From positions 570,001 through 602,000 of the forward strand of contig NZ_JBHSTI010000002.1 in assembly GCF_042660085.1 (NCBI RefSeq): a stretch of DNA of 32,000 bases, given 5' to 3'. Source of the DNA: Longivirga aurantiaca. Its GTDB lineage: Bacteria > Actinomycetota > Actinomycetes > S36-B12 > CAIYMF01. The notes beneath the pieces were generated by a model. The model was given only the letters and a program-made list of their open reading frames with translations, was not told where the DNA came from and ran no database searches. The position numbers and the translations under genes were made by a program. Of the stretch, positions 26,739 to 32,000 are shown in pieces (the first letter of the stretch is position 1; every line of letters starts with the position of its first letter).

Positions 26739-28070
26739 TCAGAAGTCGCCGCCTCCGCCGAAGTCGCCCCCGCCGCCGAAGCCGCCGTCGCCACCGCCGC
26801 CACCCCAGCCACCCCAGCTGTCGCCGCCGCCGAGGCCGGAGGCGTCGGTCGGGGCGATGACGGTGGGGGTGGAGAAGGCGCCGCCGAGCATCGAGCCCAT
26901 GAAGAGCATCGACATCACGTTCATGCCGGCGCCGCCGAAGTACCCGCCGGCGTACGGCGCGTAGGCCTGGCCGCCCTGCCAGTAGGGGACGCGGCCGCCG
27001 CCGGCCATCTCGACCTCGCGGGCCTGCGGCAGGCCGCCGCTCCTCAGCGTGGTCGCGCAGGCGAGGCAGACCGGGATCGGGCGCTCTGCGCCGCCGTCCG
27101 GGGCCCACTGCACGTCCTCCGCGCTCGGGCCGTGCCGCGGGTCGACGAAGCACGGCGGGCGCCGCTCGGGCAGCGGGCGGCCGTCCATCCGCGCCTCGAC
27201 CGAGGCGAGCGCGAAGCGGCCGTCCTCGAGCGCGGCGGTGACCGGGCCGGCGTCCTCCGGGCGCGCCATGCGGGCGCTCAGCATCTTGGCCTGCTCGTAC
27301 GAGTCGAGGGCGTGCTGCGCGTCGGCACGCCCGCTGTCGTCCAGGCGCGGGTCGTCGACGTCGAGCCGCGCGACCGCCTCGCCGTACGACGTGACGTCCT
27401 CGTCGACCACGCGCTGGATCGCCGCGGTCTTCTCGGCGTTGGCCCGCTTGGCCTTGCGGCTCAGCCAGAACGCGCCGCCGCCGATCGCGGCAGCGATGAC
27501 CGCGAGGAAGGCGAGGATGCCGAACCCGCTGCCGCCGCCCGACGAGCTGCCGGACGAGCCCGACGTGTCGCCGTTGAGCACGGGCGTGGCGTTGGTGACG
27601 AATGCGCTGGTGACGGCGAAAGCCCCCGCGTCCTTGTTGTCGCGGTAGGCGAGGGTTGCGACCTGGCGCACGTCGGTGAGCGTGCTGTTGCCCTTGAAGG
27701 CGGTGCCGGTCGAGTCGCCGAGGTAGACGGCGTACGTGCCGGAGATGCCGACGCCCTCGTAGAGGGCCTGCAGGGTCGCGTCGGACGAGTCGCCGACGGC
27801 GGCGGAGCGCGGGAGCACGGCGATGAAGTAGACCTGGCCGCTGTCGCGGATCTGCGCGCGCAGCTGGTCGGCCTCGCCCGTGCTCATGAGCCCGTCGGCC
27901 GCGGGGTCGACGTATACGGAATCGCCGGCGCGCAGGTCGCGGGCGGCGTTGTCGAGCGCGCTGGACGTGGTGGTGGCTCCGGCGGGTGCGAGCCCCGCGA
28001 GGGAGGCTCCGACGGCCAGGACGGCAGCGGCGACGAGGCGGGCGGCGGTGGTCGAGCGACGCGTGCTCAT
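26739..28070 (-). CDS. TPM-domain (YgcG-like) membrane-anchored protein with Gly-rich C-terminus
   Basis: 443 aa with signal peptide, TPM-like domain (RQVATLAYRDNKDAGAFAVTSAFVTNATP), a TM helix (FGILAFLAVIAAAIGGGAFWLSRK), a CxxC pair and a GGGGDGGFGGGGDFGGGGDF tail. Confidence 0.75.
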   Translation of the reverse strand: MSTRRSTTAARLVAAAVLAVGASLAGLAPAGATTTSSALDNAARDLRAGDSVYVDPAADGLMSTGEADQLRAQIRDSGQVYFIAVLPRSAAVGDSSDATLQALYEGVGISGTYAVYLGDSTGTAFKGNSTLTDVRQVATLAYRDNKDAGAFAVTSAFVTNATPVLNGDTSGSSGSSSGGGSGFGILAFLAVIAAAIGGGAFWLSRKAKRANAEKTAAIQRVVDEDVTSYGEAVARLDVDDPRLDDSGRADAQHALDSYEQAKMLSARMARPEDAGPVTAALEDGRFALASVEARMDGRPLPERRPPCFVDPRHGPSAEDVQWAPDGGAERPIPVCLACATTLRSGGLPQAREVEMAGGGRVPYWQGGQAYAPYAGGYFGGAGMNVMSMLFMGSMLGGAFSTPTVIAPTDASGLGGGDSWGGWGGGGGDGGFGGGGDFGGGGDF

Positions 28071-28099
28071 GGGGACATCCTCACACCCTTCAGGACGCA

Positions 28100-28138
28100 G
28101 GAACGCCCCCCGACCGTTCCCGGGCCGGGGGGCGTTCC
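28100..28138 (-). terminator. Strong GC-rich hairpin, probable terminator of the carboxylase alpha gene
   Basis: GGAACGCCCCCCGACC (28100-28115) and GGCCGGGGGGCGTTCC (28123-28138), 15 of 16 paired with a 7-nt loop. Located just downstream of the alpha-subunit stop (28162) on the minus strand. Confidence 0.8.
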
Positions 28139-28161
28139 CTACGAGCAGAATCGTGCGGCGG

Positions 28162-29922
28162 TCAGTCCTTGATCTCCAGCAGGACGGTGCCGCTCGGGAC
28201 GGTGGCTCCGACCTCGGCCGCGAGGCCGGTGACGGTGCCCGCCTTGTGGGCGGTGAGGGGCTGCTCCATCTTCATCGCCTCGAGGACGACGACGAGGTCG
28301 CCCGCGGCCACGGCCTGGCCCTCCTCGACCGCGACCTTGACGATCGTGCCCTGCATGGGGGCCGCGACCGCGTCGCCGGAGGCCGCGCTGCCCGACTTCT
28401 TCGCGCTGCGCTTGGGCGCCTTCTTCGGGCCGGCGTGGCCGCCCCCGCCGAAGGAGATCCCGCCCGGCAGGCTGACCTCGACGCGCTTGCCGCCGACCTC
28501 GACCGTGAGCGTCTGGCGCTCCTCGGGCTCCTCGACGTCCGCCGGGGCGCCGGAGTAGGCCGGGATCTGGTTGTCGAACTCGGTCTCGATCCAGCGGGTG
28601 TGCACCGAGAACGGCGTCGCGTCATCGGTGGCGAAGGCCGGGTCGCGCACGACCACGCGGTGGAAGGTGAGCGCGGTGGCGATGCCGTCGATCTCGAACT
28701 CGTCCAGCGCACGGCGCGAGCGCTCGAGCGCCTGCTCACGGGTGGCGCCGGTGACGATCAGCTTGGCGAGCAGCGAGTCGAAGTTGCCGCCGATCACGTC
28801 GCCCGCGGTGAAGCCGGCGTCGAGGCGGACGCCGGGGCCGGACGGCGGGTTCCACACGGTGAGCACGCCGGGGCCGGGGAGGAACGAGCGGCCGGGGTCC
28901 TCGCCGTTGATGCGGAACTCGAACGAGTGGCCGCGCAGCGGGGGGTCGGTGAAGCCGAGCTCCTCGCCGTTCGCGATGCGGAACTGCTCACGGACGAGGT
29001 CGATGCCCGTGACCTCCTCCGAGACCGGGTGCTCGACCTGCAGACGCGTGTTGACCTCGAGGAACGAGATCGTGCCGTCGAGGCCGACGAGGAACTCGCA
29101 GGTGCCGGCGCCGTAGTAGCCGGCCTCCTTCACGATCGCCTTGGACGCGTTGTAGAGCTGCTCGGTCTGCGCCTCGCTGAGGTACGGCGCCGGCGCCTCC
29201 TCGACGAGCTTCTGGTGGCGGCGCTGCAGCGAGCAGTCGCGGGTCGAGACGACGACGACGTTGCCGTGCTGGTCGGCGAGCACCTGGGTCTCGACGTGGC
29301 GCGGGTTGTCGAGGTAGCGCTCGACGAAGCACTCGCCCCGGCCGAAGGCCGCGACGGCCTCGCGGACGGCGGAGTCGAACAGCTCGGGGATCTCCTCGAG
29401 GGTGCGTGCGACCTTGAGACCGCGACCGCCGCCGCCGAACGCCGCCTTGATGGCGATCGGGAGACCATGGGCCTTGGCGAACTCGACGATCTCGTCGGCG
29501 TTCTGGACGGGGTCGGGCGTGCCCTCGACCTGCGGGGCGCCGGCGCGCTGCGCGATGTGGCGCGCGGACACCTTGTCGCCGAGGTCGCGGATGGCCTGCG
29601 GGGGCGGACCGATCCACGTGAGCCCGGCATCGATGACGGCCTGGGCGAAGTCGGCGTTCTCGGAGAGGAACCCGTAGCCGGGGTGGACGGCGTCGGCGCC
29701 GGACTTCCGGGCGGCGTCCAGCAGCTTCTCGACGACCAGGTAGGTCTCTGCCGCCGTCGACCCGCCGAGGGCGAAGGCCTCGTCGGCCGCCTTCACGTGC
29801 AGGGCGTCACGGTCCGGGTCCGCGTAGACGGCCACGGACGCGATACCGGAGTCACGGCAGGCCCGGGCGACTCGGATGGCGATCTCGCCACGGTTGGCGA
29901 TGAGGACCTTCGAGATGGTCAT
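28162..29922 (-). CDS. Acyl-CoA (acetyl/propionyl) carboxylase alpha subunit: biotin carboxylase plus C-terminal BCCP domain
   Basis: 586 aa. [31 protein letters not shown] and a C-terminal EAMKMEQPL biotinyl-lysine motif. Confidence 0.95.
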   Translation of the reverse strand: MTISKVLIANRGEIAIRVARACRDSGIASVAVYADPDRDALHVKAADEAFALGGSTAAETYLVVEKLLDAARKSGADAVHPGYGFLSENADFAQAVIDAGLTWIGPPPQAIRDLGDKVSARHIAQRAGAPQVEGTPDPVQNADEIVEFAKAHGLPIAIKAAFGGGGRGLKVARTLEEIPELFDSAVREAVAAFGRGECFVERYLDNPRHVETQVLADQHGNVVVVSTRDCSLQRRHQKLVEEAPAPYLSEAQTEQLYNASKAIVKEAGYYGAGTCEFLVGLDGTISFLEVNTRLQVEHPVSEEVTGIDLVREQFRIANGEELGFTDPPLRGHSFEFRINGEDPGRSFLPGPGVLTVWNPPSGPGVRLDAGFTAGDVIGGNFDSLLAKLIVTGATREQALERSRRALDEFEIDGIATALTFHRVVVRDPAFATDDATPFSVHTRWIETEFDNQIPAYSGAPADVEEPEERQTLTVEVGGKRVEVSLPGGISFGGGGHAGPKKAPKRSAKKSGSAASGDAVAAPMQGTIVKVAVEEGQAVAAGDLVVVLEAMKMEQPLTAHKAGTVTGLAAEVGATVPSGTVLLEIKD

Positions 29923-30037
29923 CGCGGTGATGCTCCTGTCGCGGATGTGTGGTGCGGTTGTCGCGCACCGGGACCGATCTTGCCGGACGCACGTACCTCC
30001 GCGTGGGCTGGGTGAAGGACCCGTCGTGGGAGATCTG

Positions 30038-30451
30038 TCACCCCGTCGGGGCGGGCCCGATCTCCTCGAGCCGCGCGAGGCAGCGACGGGTGACGTCGTC
30101 CACCTCGGCGAGCGTGCGGTCGAGCTCCTCGCGCCGTGCCGCCAGGTCCGCGCGGACCCGCTCGAGCGAGTCGAGCAGGCGCCGGATCTGGCCGGACTCG
30201 CCCGGCTCGGCGTCGTACATGTCGACGATCTCGCGGATCTCGGCGAGCGACATGCCGAAGCGCTTGCCGCGCAGCGCGAGCACGAGGCGGGCGCGGTCGC
30301 GCGCGCCGTAGGCCCGGGCGCTGCCCGAGCCGGTGCGGGCCGGGGTGACGATCCCGGCCTCCTCGTAGAAGCGCAGGGTGCGGGTGGTGACGCCCAGATC
30401 GGCCGCGAGCTCGCCCACGGTGTACGTGGTGGCGGTGCGCGTCGTGCTCAC
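30038..30451 (-). CDS. MerR family transcriptional regulator
   Basis: 137 aa from the GTG at 30451. [66 protein letters not shown]. Confidence 0.9.
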   Translation of the reverse strand: MSTTRTATTYTVGELAADLGVTTRTLRFYEEAGIVTPARTGSGSARAYGARDRARLVLALRGKRFGMSLAEIREIVDMYDAEPGESGQIRRLLDSLERVRADLAARREELDRTLAEVDDVTRRCLARLEEIGPAPTG

Positions 30452-30500
30452 GGGCCCTCCCGGGGTCTGGCGTCGGGGACAGTGAACCGCTACCTTCACC

Positions 30501-30516
30501 TTTACGTCAACGTCAA
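30501..30516. promoter_or_regulatory. Candidate MerR-family operator TTTACGT-CA-ACGTCAA
   Basis: Near-palindrome (6 of 7 pairs) in the divergent MerR/carboxyltransferase intergenic region. It overlaps a minus-strand TTGACG (30516-30511) / 18-bp spacer / TAGCGG (30492-30487) promoter-like pair. Confidence 0.6.
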
Positions 30517-30534
30517 CCCACCCGGAGGGCCACG

Positions 30535-32000
30535 ATGAGCAAGGATGCGATCCGCGCGGCCCGCGCCGCCACCCACGAGGTCGCGCCGGCGGCCGCCGCC
30601 AAGCTGGCGGCCCAGGGCAAGCTGCACGCCCGCGAGCGCATCGCCCTGCTCGTGGACGCCGGGTCGTTCGTCGAGGACGGCCAGCTCGCGCACGCGGGCA
30701 CGCCCGGCTACCCGGCCGACGGCGTGGTGACCGGCCGCGGCACGGTGGACGGACGGCCGGTGCTCGTGGTGGCCAACGACCCCTCGGTGAAGGCGGGGTC
30801 CTGGGGCGCGCGCACGGTCGAGAAGATCATCCGCACGACCGAGGCCGCCCTGGTCGAGGAGATCCCGCTCTTCTGGTTCATCGACTCCGCCGGTGCGCGG
30901 ATCACCGACCAGGTCGACCTCTTCCCCGGGCGCCGCGGTGCCGGGCGCATCTTCCGCAACCAGGTGGCGCTCTCGGGGAAGGTGCCGCAGATCTGCTGCC
31001 TTTTCGGGCCGTCGGCCGCGGGCGGCGCGTACATCCCCGCCTTCTGCGACGTCGTGATCATGGTCGAGGGCAACGCCTCGATGTACCTCGGCAGCCCGCG
31101 CATGGCCGAGATGGTGGTGGGCGAGACGGTGACGCTCGAGGAGATGGGCGGCGCGCGGATGCACGCCACCGTCTCGGGCTGCGGCGACAACCTCGCCGAG
31201 GACGACGCCGACGCGATCGAGCAGGCGAGGCTCGTGCTGTCGTACCTGCCGCAGTGCTGGCGCGAGGACCCTCCGGCGTACGCGCCCGAGCCGGCCGGGC
31301 GGGTGCTCGACGCCGACTGCGTGCCGATGCCCGAGAGCGTCCCGTTCGACATCCGCGAGATCGTCGAGGGCATCGTGGACGACGGCTCGTTCTTCGAGAT
31401 CAAGCCGCTGTTCGCTGGCGAGCTCGTCGTGGGGTTCGGGCGCATCGAGGGCCGCAGCGTCGGCGTCGTCGCCAACAACTCCGCCGTGCGCGGGGGTGTG
31501 CTGTTCGGCGACAGCGCCGACAAGGCCGCCCGCTTCATCTGGTGGTGCGACGCGTTCAACGTGCCGCTCGTCTACCTCGCCGACGTGCCCGGCTTCATGA
31601 TCGGCTCGCAGGTCGAGCGCGAGGGGATCATCCGGCATGGCGCGAAGATGATCACCGCCGTCAGCGAGGCCACCGTGCCGCAGGTGTCTGTCGTGGTGCG
31701 CAAGGCGTACGGCGCCGGCCTGTACGCGATGGCCGGCCCGGGCTTCGGCCCCGATGCGTGCATCGCGCTCCCGACCGCGAGCATCGCGGTGATGGGTCCC
31801 GAGGCGGCCGTCAACGCGGTCTACGCGAACAAGATCGCCGCGATCGAGGACGCCGGCGAGCGCGAGGCGTTCGTGGCCGCGCGGCGGTCCGAGTACCTCG
31901 CCGACATCGACCTGCTGCGCCTGGCCGACGACCTGGTGATCGATGCGGTGGTCGAGCCGGGCGAGCTGCGCCGCGAGATCGACGTACGTCTCCGGTCGGC
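30535..32000 (+). CDS. Acyl-CoA carboxylase beta subunit (carboxyltransferase), truncated by window end
   Basis: Manual translation from the ATG at 30535 (MSKDAIRAARAATHEVAPAAAAKLAAQGKLHARERIALLVDAGSFVED...FWFIDSAGARITDQVDLFPGRRGAGRIF...CCLFGPSAAGGAYIPAFCD...) gives a continuous frame to the window end. It is absent from the ORF track because no stop is reached. Confidence 0.92.
   Translation, partial: MSKDAIRAARAATHEVAPAAAAKLAAQGKLHARERIALLVDAGSFVEDGQLAHAGTPGYPADGVVTGRGTVDGRPVLVVANDPSVKAGSWGARTVEKIIRTTEAALVEEIPLFWFIDSAGARITDQVDLFPGRRGAGRIFRNQVALSGKVPQICCLFGPSAAGGAYIPAFCDVVIMVEGNASMYLGSPRMAEMVVGETVTLEEMGGARMHATVSGCGDNLAEDDADAIEQARLVLSYLPQCWREDPPAYAPEPAGRVLDADCVPMPESVPFDIREIVEGIVDDGSFFEIKPLFAGELVVGFGRIEGRSVGVVANNSAVRGGVLFGDSADKAARFIWWCDAFNVPLVYLADVPGFMIGSQVEREGIIRHGAKMITAVSEATVPQVSVVVRKAYGAGLYAMAGPGFGPDACIALPTASIAVMGPEAAVNAVYANKIAAIEDAGEREAFVAARRSEYLADIDLLRLADDLVIDAVVEPGELRREIDVRLRS

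Noticed and set aside
26739-26880. GCC/GCCGCC-rich repetitive stretch that could look like a tandem-repeat array
   Set aside because: It encodes the Gly-rich GGGGDGGFGGGGDF tail normal for TPM/YgcG-type proteins, so it is coding low complexity, not an independent element.
26523-28172. 549-aa plus-strand ORF, and the 711-aa ORF at 27880-30015
   Set aside because: Shadow ORFs antisense to the TPM-domain gene and the carboxylase alpha subunit, with no recognisable motifs.
1-32000. CRISPR arrays, tRNA/rRNA genes, prophage or classical defense operons
   Set aside because: I found no regularly spaced direct repeats and no rRNA/tRNA-like sequence in the short intergenic gaps. There are also no phage structural, integrase, restriction-modification or Cas genes. 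The AbiEi-like gene is the only defense-flavoured element.

Overview
This is a high-GC, actinobacterial-type chromosomal window containing about 30 densely packed protein genes. I see no RNA genes, CRISPR array, prophage or recognisable transposase. The backbone is a (deoxy)nucleoside salvage and catabolism locus: a nucleoside-type ABC permease 3' end, cdd, deoA, a cupin protein, add, deoC with two ALDH-family genes, phosphohexomutase and purine nucleoside phosphorylase, then an LpdA-type flavoprotein. Interspersed are a LysE-family exporter, an SRPBCC protein, a P-loop kinase, a full-length nifJ-type pyruvate:ferredoxin oxidoreductase, a PLP decarboxylase, GNATs, secreted proteins of unknown function, a TPM-domain protein, and an acyl-CoA carboxylase locus with a MerR regulator. 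The feature I would follow up first is an orphan AbiEi-like gene (4172-5152) with a possible C-terminal PD-(D/E)XK/DUF559-like domain. It is bracketed by two copies of a CGCGAGTTACTGCCCACATG-based inverted repeat. Other leads are a 72-aa protein made of a duplicated 'ERGxxGTNYPHGVGxHP' module, a half-length ALDH paralog lacking the catalytic region, and a palindromic candidate operator at the MerR/carboxylase divergent promoter. Most of the window is ordinary metabolic chromosome.
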